DNA from: Trichoplax sp. H2
Taxonomy: Eukaryota
NCBI GenBank assembly: GCA_003344405.1
Contig: NOWV01000012.1
Span: forward strand, 620,001-684,000
Direction of reading: 5' to 3'
DNA: 64,000 nucleotides
Positions 27,291 through 40,295 of the stretch are shown here, piece by piece (position 1 is the stretch's first letter; every line of letters begins with the position of its first letter). Under the pieces are notes generated by a model. The model searched no databases. It was not told where the DNA came from and saw only the letters and a program-made list of their open reading frames with translations. A program made the translations under genes and the position numbers.

Positions 27291-27977
27291 ATCGGATAGT
27301 TGGTAATGCAGTGGGTAGCTACTTGCAAAACAACAATTTTATCTCTCGAATGAGATAAATTAAGTTCAAATGGCTGCACACTGGACAGGCCTGTGTTATC
27401 CACACTAACGATGATTAAAGTTAATGAAAGAAGAACCAAAGCTAATTTGCAGGCGAACTATTGCTGATAACCTTTATATACCTTCTAGATATGGTAGATA
27501 ACATTGTTGTTTTCTTTGTTTGAATTAGATTATCCAATGATCAACTCCTATATTAGCATGTTTATCTAAAAGCTTATTGTTCACAACGAGATAACCGATA
27601 CTATTTATCAGCATAGAAATTGTGACGGAGCTAGTTATCACTTTATACACTCTATAGCGTTCAGTATGGAACAATTCGTCGACGTTGGACGGACGGTCTT
27701 CACAAATCGTTTTTATTGACTTCATAAACTGAGCAAAAATTTCAAGACGACGAAACCTAATCGCCTTAACATTGGCAATATCCTTCAAAGAATCATCCCA
27801 AGTTGGCTTATGGCTGCTGTTGGCAGTGACTATCACACGAGTAAAAGCAAGCTAATGACGGATTTGTAGCCTTGCTATTTATTGATATCATCAACTACCA
27901 ACAGCTACCAATGATAAGATTGAAACATTACGTAAGAATAAATTAACATCAGCTATTCAAAGTGGCTTTGTCTGGAC

Positions 27978-28029
27978 CCTAGACTACGAGAAAAGGTAGG
28001 AGAAAAGGTACCTTTTCTCGTAGTCTATG
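27978..28029. mobile_element. 52-bp mini-element of the CATRGACTAC family
   Basis: tctggac|CCTAGACTACGAGAAAAGG...CCTTTTCTCGTAGTCTATG|tctatac. The inverted repeat is long and the flanks match at 5 of 7 bp. Confidence 0.55.
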
Positions 28030-29904
28030 TCTATACTTAAAAGCATTACTGCATACAGTTCATTGAGCATCTACCCTGCATGTCTATGCAGTTGGTTGGA
28101 GATTTTTTCAATCTTTATTTTCTTTCGGCTATGGTTATTTCTGAATTGAAGACAGTTTAAGTCATTTCAGGTTGCACCATTTACTCTGCATGCACTTAGA
28201 AAGGATGCTGGCAATATGTTTGAACTAGTCATAAAAAGTATCTTCAAGTGCTTCTAGTGCACTAGTATAGTACAGGAATTTACCGTTTAGTATAACCCTA
28301 TTTTTAGAAGTTTTACTGTAGACATTATGTAATGGGATTAAATGCCTTTATTACATATAGACTGATATAGTATACATAATATCATACTGGTACAATAAGA
28401 AAATGGACTTTGTTCACTGTTGCCAACGCCTTGAAAGTCCATATCAAGGATCTTTTGATTAATACTGTACAGTATTTTTAGGATTTGATGATTATCGTTA
28501 ATAAAATAGCGAACCACGAGAGGAAAACTCAGCATACTTTTTAATTATTAACATGCGGATGCATGTAATTACCGTGTGAGAGCATTACGTCAAAGGTGTA
28601 ATTTAGTGGGAGTGGGGTTAGGATACGTCCAGAAAATAGTTTATACCCACAGCCACGATTTACGCCTTCGTGCATGATATTTACTGTATTTATTTATAGA
28701 TGAGAGTACGCATACTTGACTGTTTTTTAGACCAAGAACTACTGAAGTTCAAATAATTAATTAATAATCTTAAAAATGCACTTCCATCTAGTGTAATACG
28801 AATGGTTCTCAATCAAACGCAACGCCGTCGATGCACAGTTGAGCTGATACTTAATTGCTCAAGCCACGTAAATGCAGACACTGCTATCTGGACTGACGTT
28901 TTACATTACCAACACACTGATATAAGTTAAACATTAAGAGTGTAAGATATCGGTTAGAACTAGTTTTAAACCTGCTATTATCAAGCTATGATAATATTAC
29001 ATTAACATTATGTTGGTCTCGTACCAATCTAACCAGGTAGTGTGCAGTTACATCTATAACTAGAACGACAACACTGTTCTTGATATATCAATACTACATC
29101 AACCTTTATAACTGCAAATAATGCGTAAAAACAACTAACTAGGATAATAATATACACACAAGGTGTAAATTAGTTATAAATAATCGTTTGGATACGTGAT
29201 TGCATACGTTAGCACACGCTCCACTTCAGGTATTGGTTCGATACATGGAAGAAAATCAACTCGTAATGTATCAATTTGTTCAAAAATGAAATGAAATTTA
29301 GCTCCGTGTTTATTTATTACTTGTTACCATAGAGGTGGGAGTAGGGTCCGCCGGCCTTGAATTTATGCATACGTCATTTTATTCGTATATCATTGGTTGA
29401 TAGATGCAGCCAGCGGAAGACTTTATTAGAAAGCAAATGTAAATAATAATTGGAATTCAATAAGAGCAGCATGTAATTTATTCATACGTAATTTATATAG
29501 CATCTTACTGGCTAGAATCATTACAATCAATGATATAGCGTTGGTTGCTGCTTCCATGGCATTGGATAGAAGAGTACCTTATCGATCAGCACGCTTATGT
29601 CAATAAATAATATCTACTGTCACTGAATTTTCCTTTTTTATGGTAGTCCTTTTATCAGCTGTTGGCAGCATTTGATTGATTTGATTATAATGCCAATGGG
29701 AAGGATTATTTATTTTCATTATCAGCCGTTAATATCATTGTCTCCCTCCCATTCTTAAACGATCAAAGCCGTAAGGCAAATAAAAGGGTTCTGTCCTGTA
29801 CTATTTAAGGCACAGCTCTGCCAAGATCGAAGTAAAATTTTCGCTACAGTATAAGCTAACTTTCACTTAAGATAAAAAAAGCGTTTGCCCATTTTTCATC
29901 AATC

Positions 29905-31294
29905 ATGTCGAAAGGAATGGAATGCAATAGCCCTAATAATTATAATCCAATGGGTGATCGACTGCAAGTCGTTCGTCCATCTCTACCGAAAAAATCCATT
30001 GCTGATGCCTACTTATTGGCATTCCCTCTTGGAATTCTTGGCTTACATCGCTTCTATCTGGGTCAAAAGTATCTTGGGCTTGCTTATTTTTTCTCTTTTG
30101 GATTATTCGGCCTTGGATGGTTGCATGATCTTGTCTTTATGCCTAGCGTAGTCAATCATGCTAATCGTTGCCGAGCTCTTCCACAAGAGAAGAAACCATA
30201 CAGTTTACTCGAAGCCTATATCCTTTGCCTCAATCCAGCTGGAATTTTTTTCGGTTTACATCAATTCTATTTAGGAAGGTAAACAAAATAGCAAGTACTA
30301 TTTCTACGGACTGTTTGCCAATGAATTGATTAACAAAGTAATCCATGCAATATACGTAGTTCTGATTAAAATCTAAAATCTATTACCATAGCGTTGATTA
30401 AATTATTATTATAACAAGTTCGATGGACGCGTAGTCAACATTTTAAGAACTATTTCTGTCCTGTATTTGTTCATTTACCATCATGATTTCTTTGACTGTA
30501 TGGCTAGGAAGGGATTTGGTACCGCTTATTGCTTTACGATAGGCTTATTTGGTGTTGGTTGGCTTTCCGATATACTGAGGATGCCTAAGTTAGTTGCAGA
30601 CGCCAATAAGCGAGCAATGGAAATACAAGCTAATCCTGAAGTTGCTAAGCAAAAGAAAGCTAAGAAAATTGACGACGCTTACATTTTATGCGTATTCGGA
30701 TTTTTAGGACTTCATCATTTCTACTTGGGCAATATTGGATTTGGTTTTGCCTATTTATTTACCATGGGTATGGGAGGAATTGGATGGTTAGTCGATTTCC
30801 TTCGCATGCCAATACTAGTAGCCAGAGCCAACGACCCTAATCCAAGCCCCAAAAAGCATCTAGATGACGCTTATATTTTAACATTCCCCCTTGGAATGCT
30901 GGGTTTACAACACTTTTACTTAGGTAGACCTGGTTGGGGTGTTACTTATATGTTTACGCTTGGCTTGGCTGGCTTTGGATTCTTGGTTGATCTTGTTCGT
31001 ATGCCCTTCTTGGTTCGCCAAGTTAACGATACTATAATTGAAGGTCAAAATTTACTTGGTGTTGCTATTGATTCAAACTATAATGGTAATCAACCTCAAT
31101 TTGGCAACAATCCCTCTGTGAATGCCTCCAATATGCCTTACCAAGCACCTAACAATGTTATGGAGACTAGGAAAGTACCAATAGATAACGGAAATACTGT
31201 ATTAAATTATCCACACAAAGATGTATATCCACCTCCACCATCAATTAGTACTGAACCACCACCTGCTTATGAATCAAAGGTTAACTTACGCTAA
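29905..31294 (+). CDS. 4xTM2-domain membrane protein, paralog B (exons 29905-30278, 30508-31294; 386 aa)
   Basis: Same four TM2 repeats and same intron position (AG|gtaaac...ctag|G). Tail contains PPPAY. Confidence 0.9.
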
Positions 31295-33181
31295 AAGAGA
31301 TCGCGTTCTGGCTACCATAAGCATAATCGACTCAATATTTGTAAGATTGCACAAGGCTTATAAAATCTTTCCTACTGTATATAGAGAATTTCCCTTCTAA
31401 TTTGGTGATAAGTATTATAGATCAATTTAGACCTTTTCTTCGCGAGTAGTCCATGCAAATACTGTAACAATTTCCTTTAACATAAAGGTTTTCACGGTAT
31501 TCTCGCAATTAATATAATAAAATTATCGCGAAATTATTTTTTGCACTTTTCACATCAGTTCTAATCGCAGGCATACAATCTGGTTGAACCTTATAGAATT
31601 ATGCATAGCTGGTCTGCCTGTTGTGATGATGATGATCAAAAAAATACTACATATTGCTCAGTTGGTAGCGATTTCTTGATCTGATGTAATTGTAGATTTA
31701 ACAAATGACGACTCAATCAAATTACCGATTGCTGATTCAATCACTACTTCGTTGTAAAGTATTATAAATCGTAAGCTATCATTGATTGATAACTGCTTAA
31801 GCTGTAAATAGCATTCCACATATAGTAAAGCTTTGCGTCCAATAATTATATTTAATTATGTATGTAATCAAACTCTAGAATATGTAATTATACATATAGT
31901 AACGTTATAATAAATGCAGTAAATGTATTTGAGCAATTTACATATTTTGTAATATTTCTTGCGCGCGACCAGTATTGTCTACTACAGTCATCCAATCGTA
32001 TAATGGTCTCTAAGAAAATTATTATGCTATATATTTGTATAGTATCTATTTATAAGTATTTATAAGCGAATGAGACTTTACTATAACTGGGTAGGTCAAT
32101 TTATAACTAAGTTGGGATGAACTGAGATATTTCTAGAATTGACGAATCTTCTTAATAGAAAAATTGTCTCGATATTCGCTATGTAATACAGACTTGCTGA
32201 AGTGAAGATTAAAAGGCATTAATTTAATAAAAATATACTGGTTCGATATAGCACCAACACGATTAACTAAGTAGTGATCGCATGCGTAACCTACAATGAG
32301 AAGAGTAAGGCCTTAAAATTTACCCATCGTATGCATGCATCAGAATTCAAAATATTTCATATAAATTAATTGGGTTCCAATTCTTAAATTTACGTATAAG
32401 AGAGACGGTTTTTTCTTTCCTGTAATAATTTGACATACGGCGTGTAAGCCACAATGCTTTTTATGAATTATTTTAAGATCTAGTCAAGGTAGAATGATAC
32501 ACGTATGATGCAACAAATGGTGTATGTAAACAATGTATCTACCAAAGTATTTTATTTCCACATAAAGCACTACCAATTAAATCACCTAAAATGCTTTAAA
32601 ATGTTCATTTTATTTTCGCATACTGTAGATTGTTCAGTTTGATTTATTCGTCATTTACGCTAAGGAATTCTAATTAAATTAATGATATTTTAATCGATAA
32701 ATATATCCATGACTTCTCTACATAAAGCTTTCTGCGTCACACTATTGTAAACATATTTCATAATGTGTTCGCTCTGTTTTATTTGAAAAATAATGATAAA
32801 TCTATACAGTGTAGAGATACTGATAAATACTGTGGCATATCAATGCTACAGCAAATAACTTTCTTAATGTATCCTGATTTTCAAAATGTGTGTAAGGAAT
32901 AACTACTTTCATTCTTAGATAAAAACAAAGAACATACCGATATACAAAACATGAAATAACATTATTATTTAATGCTGCAAAACAAAAACAGTAATTTCGT
33001 TTTCCAATATTTAATTCTCACTGGTATGGACCTTAATACATATTCTCCGTATCATAGATTGTCAGTACAGTTATTCTTTACTAGATTGACACGATGAATG
33101 TGAAATGGGATCAGGCATGGGACGAGTAGTAGATCAACCGTAGTAAGCCCATGTTGTACAGCAGTAATAAACAGTAAGGCG

Positions 33182-36100
33182 TCATGTAAACAGATGTATA
33201 GTTTCCGAAGGATAACCTAGTTCTTGTAAGGCTCTAGAATATAAATAATTAAGTTATGAAAACTGAAAGAAACAGCTACGCTTTGCTATATCGTAAGTTG
33301 CTATACAATAAAAGGTGTCTAGTATCTGCTGTTTGTGTAAAATTATTACAATAGCTTAGATAAAACATACGTTTCCATGCTATTTGTAAAAGGTGTTGGA
33401 CCGCAAACACATATCAATAGTTTGTCCAAATCCGTAACACCTGGAGGTGGTGGGAGTTGCTTATGAAGCACTTCTTTTGTAATCCTACCGTTATTACCTT
33501 TCCAATCAGGAGATGGCGCTGATAAAGTATGATATACCTGAAACCTAATACAGTAGATTTCATATTCCAAATTTTTAGAATGTAATACAGTAATAGTTTA
33601 CTATTACTACAATCTTATATCAACATGCCATCTTAAGTGAATTCGCAATATCGATAACGACACGCAACACAGTAATGACGCATATTTGTATTACAATTTT
33701 CTTAAAATTATTTGCACATAAGTGAATTTTCAATATCGATAACGATAACAACACAGTAATAAGATATATTTCTGCTACAATTTCATAAACTATTTGCTTG
33801 GACCTTGTTTTTTAGAATGTCTGACATTTATTATGAAGACAACTATCAAAAAAGGTATATTACAATTTGCGATATTGCAGTAAATAAAATATCATAATGA
33901 TCTTAATTGTACCTATCGTGGCTATATCGAACCAAATTCTCTAAAGAATCTTTCCACAAGATATCCTTTTCCGTTTTATTACCAAATAAAAGCTTAACTT
34001 GGCTGAATAAATTGAAATAAGAACAGAATATTCCTTCATTAATCCACATAAAGAATACCTAGCCAAGAAAATCAGCTATAGCAATAATCTATTATTTATT
34101 TGATAAAAATAACTAAATAAAAAGGATATTAACCATTTTGATTCCGGTTTGTCAATTATAAAATACCGCATTAGCTTTACCATTGGAGTAAAACCTTTTA
34201 TTTCGAGAAGGATCATTAAAACATTACTTTTCAAGGATAGTAACATTATCAGTAGATCAAATATCGTACAATAAATATTCGGTACCTGTTCCGCCAGCTA
34301 TTAAAATAAGTTGTTCGATTGATTCCAGACGTGAAAATTTAAAATTTCCCAAGTGTTCGCTAATTTTAATTGTCTCACCTAAATCATTGGCATAATTAGG
34401 TTTGCCTCTGCTAATCTCGAGGGCCTTTATTACCTAAGCTATTTTATTTTGCATTGCAGTATATAATTCGCACTGCGCATATACTGTAAAAATTATGAAA
34501 CTAACTTATTTTAAGTGAACCGAGAAATGGAGTTAAAGCGCCATCCTTATAAACTTTAATCATAAATGAAATATCACGACCATTTCCTGAAATATTAACG
34601 GCTTCATCAGGATTTAAAGAAACTACCGGCGTATAATTGCGGCCAATCTCCATGCCTGTACAGTACGCATACAATAGTCTTAGTTTTCAAGTATCTAGCT
34701 CAAAGATTCAATGAACTACAATACTATACTATTTTTTAAGTTTGAAATTAACTACTAACCACTCATTTCAGTTTGTATTATAAGGTGACGTCCGACAGGG
34801 ACGTGCATAAATGAACCTCTAGGTAAGGCTACGCCAAAAATCCAAGTATCGTGCGTAACAGGAGTCTTGGAAATCAACTTACAATCGAAGTAAGAAGTTT
34901 CTACGAAAAATTATAAGGTTAAAGGATAGATTAGACAAAAGCTATGCAATAACTACTAAAAGACAGTTTATTATATTTTGAAACTTATATTGATACACAA
35001 GATAAATCAAAATTTGGCGCTAATATCTTGCAAATAACTGATATCCAGGTCGATAATATCACCTAAATATGAGGAAAGGAAGAGGGCTCACTAATTCACT
35101 ATTCACATCCTCATTGAATAAACGGTGGATGGGTGAAGGGAGCGAGATTTGCCATATTTAGTAAATCTTAACTACCGGCGTTTAAGTCGATTGAGTGATA
35201 AAAGTGAAGGAAAGAAGGTAATGAACTTAGACATGTAAGCGAACTGCACGTTAGCCTTTCAGGATACCGTTTTCAGTCATGGGAACTAAACTACTTGCAT
35301 AATCAGTACACTCTAACTCCTTATAGTTCAGCATACTGCAAGCTCTGTCTACAGTACAGCATATTCAACGCTTTCACAAGTAAGTTCAAATATAGCATCG
35401 TCATATGCAGTAATACTACCATATCCAATATTTTGCTATATAATGTGATATGAAAATAACAATAAACAAGCATAAATGCATGACAAATTTCATGTTGTTA
35501 GATAAAGATACAGTAGTATCATCATCTACTAGCGTTCAATCTCAGCGATAACATTGACAAATGGCACTGATTGACAAGAAATTCCAAGAACCTATAGGCT
35601 TTACCTCTATTATTTTTTGGTAATAACTTGTGATGTCCTGACAGTTCTTTCCCTAAGGAAAGCCATTTTTTACCAATTTCTTGTTTTAAAAGTATCACTT
35701 CAATATTGCCCTCTGTCGATATTTTCACTACAAGAATTAGGATATAGAACAGATTAAAAATGATGAAATATCAGCACCGCATGGTATTATATTCTAAAGT
35801 TTATGACCGTTAAAAATGTACGAGCTTGCGCTAATTAAGCACTATGCAGTGGACGTCATAATAATGGTATTCATTTTATGCATCAACAAATAGTAAAAAC
35901 TAACCTTCACTTTCACATATTTCCTCGAAAAGGTCTAAAAAGTAAATTTATCTTATTAGTATTCGATTTTATTTTTAGACAATGTTGGTGTGAATGGCTA
36001 TACGTGTATTTACCTAAGCATAACTGAAGGATTTTATCTCCCAGTACAATCCATATATCGGTTTTTCTATTATTTTTCACATTAACGAGGATATCTTCAT

Positions 36101-38186
36101 TTGTTAAGCCTTTGTGCTTAGTATACACGACGATCGTAATCGATTTGTCACTTTGATACCAATCGTACCTAGACGTTAATGTTGAATAAGTTTACCATGA
36201 AATTGAAATAATTTATAAGCTTAATCGTGCAATAATAAAATAAATTATATTTAAAAATTGGCTACCTCGGGATAGGAGGTGATTTTTTTATATTTTGCGG
36301 AACAGCAAATATTTCTATGATTATAAAGTAACCGTTTTAATCACAGGCAAACTATTAACATAAAGTATACTTTGAAATCTATGATAAAGCTATAATGTAT
36401 GTTACCTTTTGATTGGGTCGGCACAGATAACGAAGATTTGGAAACCATGCTTCCTAAATCCATATTTTTATGAAATAATTTAAAATTATAAATTATCAAT
36501 ATAATTTCGTCGTTATAGTCATGAAAGCTATATATAAGCCATGAGACAGTTGACCAACTTTCCATTGAAATCAACATATAACGAACCGTTTGATTTTTTA
36601 TTCTTTTCTTTGCCGTCAACTCCATCAGCTATAATGTAACCTACTAAGCACTTTGCGAGCATCGATTCAACATTGACCCAGCGATGAATCTAAGAATGTT
36701 TGTACGCATCATTAATTTTAACATATTACCAATATCACTATAATAGCGATAACTGTGATTATATAATTGTTATTAGTAACACAGTTTATTAATTAGGGAA
36801 TAAATTTTAATATAGAAAGTATAACTTTGGAACTAGTGCAGTTAGTCTAATAATAATAGAAAGCATACTTCATCGAATAGATCTGTTCCGTCACAACCAA
36901 CACTCCTCATTAATTCGTCGATACCACCAGGATGGAACTTCATATAAGGAGTGATATTATAAACTTTCCCTAGTTAATAGAAGAAATTTATTTGTAAAGT
37001 CAGAAAAAAGGTGAATGACTATCGTATGCGTATGTCGGTAAATCTATTCCCATCATAGATAAAAATGCCAAGAAGGAATTGTTTCCAGGCGGAGATATTA
37101 TTATTAATAATTAGACTGATAGTGAATAATATCAATTTGAACTAATTGTTTATGCAGCATGTTTTAGATTGTCGCTTAATGTTATTTCAACTGCCACTGT
37201 TTACAAATTAATAAAATATGCTATAAAAATTTTCAATTTGATTCATCTTACTGCTGCGAGCGTATAATTTTAACCAAGCTACAAAAAGAATCTTAAAAGA
37301 GTTGAAGTAGTTACCAGCTAAAACAATAGCTTTAGCGTACATTGCTATAAAATATGCTACTTCAGAAAATAATATTTGGTCTTAATGAAACAAAATGGCA
37401 AATGACTACGGTTGCTTACAAATAAATAAATTCTTTTCTCGTTTTAAAATTTAAACTATTTTACCATCAAATTATAAAGATTATTATAGGATAGAGGTTA
37501 AGACTTGTATCCCGCAGTATAAATCTGTAGATTAAAATTACAAAACTACTGCTAATTAAACCTTTTTTTTCAATTCTCCTATCAACTATTGCAACGATTA
37601 ATTAATTTATATTGAACGCCACGTTTGATAGTACGATTCAATTAATATCACAATTTGAGGCAAAGAATCGAATCCTGTTAGGAAACGATCAATCGTTTAA
37701 TTATAACAAGAAAAGCTACGATTAACTTTAGGATATTAAGTAGAACTACCGTCTCTAGAACTCTACATTTCGTCTACTCTAATTTGAGTAGAATAGAATA
37801 TATTTTTTTATGGATGTTCATAAACACCCTTATACTATTCATTTTATAACAGAAACAGATTGATTACCTCGAATACACGTCCATGCATCCGTTTCAGTAT
37901 TATGGCGAGCAAGTTCATCGTTGGTTATTTTGCGTATAATGCCGCCAGTCCCAGCTAAATCTGGATGTTTCGTCCCTAACGTAATCCAATCTAATAATCC
38001 ATAACCTTTGCCTAGGATGACCTTTTTTCTACCACCATTGGCTGTTGATCCAGCGCTGCTTCTCTGTGGAGAATTAGCCATTGGAAAGAGTTGACCACCT
38101 TTAGGATTAGACATTTCTTCCTCTTCCTTCTGCTTATTATCGCTAGTGCTTACTGTCAATTGAGAATTACCACAAGCATTACCCAT
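33182..38186 (-). CDS. CYB5R4: Cytochrome b5 reductase 4 (NCB5OR; b5 + CS + reductase domains), multi-exon
   Basis: [16 protein letters not shown]...[13 protein letters not shown]; heme-binding [13 protein letters not shown] domain [42 protein letters not shown]; last exon [16 protein letters not shown] with stop at 33182-33184. Confidence 0.95.
33635..33797. repeat. ~85-bp direct tandem duplication in a CYB5R4 intron
   Basis: aagtgaatt..caatatcgataacga..caacacagtaat..atattt..tacaattt..tatttgc occurs twice. Confidence 0.7.
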
Positions 38187-39858
38187 AATCAGATCATCAA
38201 GACCAAAAAAAAATTTAAAGTTTTGCCCAGTCTCAAGTAGTCAATATAAACTTTTGAATTTCTTCACTACTTTGATGTTAATGATGAGAAGAAGTCCCAG
38301 AAATGAAAACAACACTAGACTACGGTGATTATTTTTTTGGCATACACAAAAAAGTTTCTACTATAGAGTCCAAAGTAGAAAGATAATGAGATGTCTGAAG
38401 TAACAGTAACGAGTTTTGTTGGATTAGAAAAAGAAGCAGTAACTTATCAACGACACACGAGTCTGTTTAACGTTTTGGAGATAATTTCTAACGTAATTAA
38501 ATAGAGATGATTTTCACAGATGATAATTTTCGTTTTTACAGTAGATTAAGGCATCAATTAAAAAAAACTAATTTAGCATAGCAAGGAATATATTCAATAA
38601 ATAGCTTAGCTTAACACGATAGCCCTCCACTACAGTATTTACTCTCTCTCTCTAATCTAAGTAGTGAGGGCGAGCAATACTGTACATACAGTATACAGTA
38701 TAAAATTATCACTAACAATTAATTAAATACAGGATGATAGACTATTTAGAATATGCGTTGTAAACAATTCATAACATTTGTTAAGGTTATAGTATAATCA
38801 ATTTTGCTTTAATAAAATTGGAGCCTAATACAAAGGTAGACCGTGAATATAATAGATTCATTTCAATATATATATATGTACATGTACATGTGTTATCAAT
38901 ATCATAATTAGTTTCTTCTGGTTCTATAGCGATAACAATAATACTATTCGCTACCGCATTGAGTACATCAAATTGTGACTTGAATTGCAAGCGCGCTTAT
39001 GATAGTTCTACCGTTCTATAATAGTTTTAGTTTTTAATTGATAAAACTTGTAATAATTGATTTTGTCTACATCTATTATTTGATATGAATCCTTTGCCTT
39101 GGCAACTATCTGATAATGATATGAAAATTTGTAGTACCATATGATCAGTATGGATTGTATGTACGTAGTGTTTGTCACATCTGCTTTTTCTCTATGGAAA
39201 CGTAGATTACGTTGGAATTGGAAAAGTTCTACTAACGTTATGAATGTTCTGATCAACATCTAGTATAAACATTTGGATATACAGTGTCGTCTAGCACGAA
39301 AAAGGTCTCGATTAGCATATACTTTACTACATGACTAACTGCATAATTTTACGCGTACTGTACTGTACAGTGTACAGTACAGTAACTGCATAATTCTACA
39401 GTATAATAGAAGTACTGTACGCGTACAGTACGGTACAGTCGCGCTATCATCATGACTGAGACAGAGAGACGGAAGTGATGGTTCCCTTTAGTCTAAGAAA
39501 TGTCAAGACGGATTATCTTTTACTGGTTATTTGAAAGTGTATCGTATATCTGCAACGGTACACTATATTGTCGGCGATAACATCTAAAAATAGTCCCTGA
39601 TTTTTTGGTGTGTTAATGCATCATCGTTTAAGCTATTTACGCTGAGTATCTGAGTAATCGGGGTTATTATGGCTGGGCCTACTGTACTGTACAGTACAGT
39701 ATGTCTAAAAATCAGTCTACAGTACAGTACAGTCAGTAGTCCAAATAAAAAGACGGCCGACCAGACCACAGACTACAGTACTGTAATTGAATCGCTACAG
39801 TGTACAGTCCTACAGTATAATACAGTACTGTACTGTACATCGCGACGCAACTGTACTG

Positions 39859-40199
39859 TACAGTACAGTACGATACGGTACACTGTATAGTACAAATCAT
39901 TCTGGGAGTACAGTACAGTATTTCACCCGGTGCTGTACAGTGTATAGTGTACAGTAGTTCTTGTAAATCATTCGGAGTACTGTACTGTAAGTACAGTACA
40001 GTACTGTATGACGAGACTAGCCGGTAAACGGTGAAGAGTACAGTACAGTACGATACGGTACACTGTACAGTACAAATCATTCTGGGAGAACAGTATTTCA
40101 CCCGGTGCTGTACTGTACTGTACAGTGTACAGTGTACAGTAGTTCTTGTAAATCATTCGGAGTACAGTACTGTATGACGAGACTAGCCGGTAAACGGTG
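39859..40199. repeat. Direct duplication (39859-40033 / 40039-40199) in a TACAG/TACTG-rich tract
   Basis: Shared cores aaatcattctgggag, tttcacccggtgctgta, gttcttgtaaatcattcggag and tgacgagactagccggtaaacggtg. Copies differ mostly by CAGTA/CTGTA units. Confidence 0.9.
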
Positions 40200-40295
40200 C
40201 AGTGACACCACGAAATACTGTAATTTGACCTGATTGTACGCAGTGTCATTGGTGCTGTAGTTGACCGCTGTATCGTTCTGTTGTAGCACTACAAA

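Noticed and set aside
27525-27836. 103-aa minus-strand ORF upstream of TM2 paralog A
   Set aside because: Non-ATG start, no recognisable motif and no supported splice link.
31654-31672. tRNA A-box-like GCTCAGTTGGTAG
   Set aside because: No T-arm or acceptor stem follows.
34119-34129. ATATCCTTTT on the minus strand resembling an AT-AC U12 donor in CYB5R4
   Set aside because: The frame is satisfied by the donor TG|gttaat just upstream with an AG acceptor, so the motif lies inside an ordinary intron.
38622-38671. Short inverted repeat gccctccactac...gtagtgagggc
   Set aside because: Single short instance with no clear target duplication.
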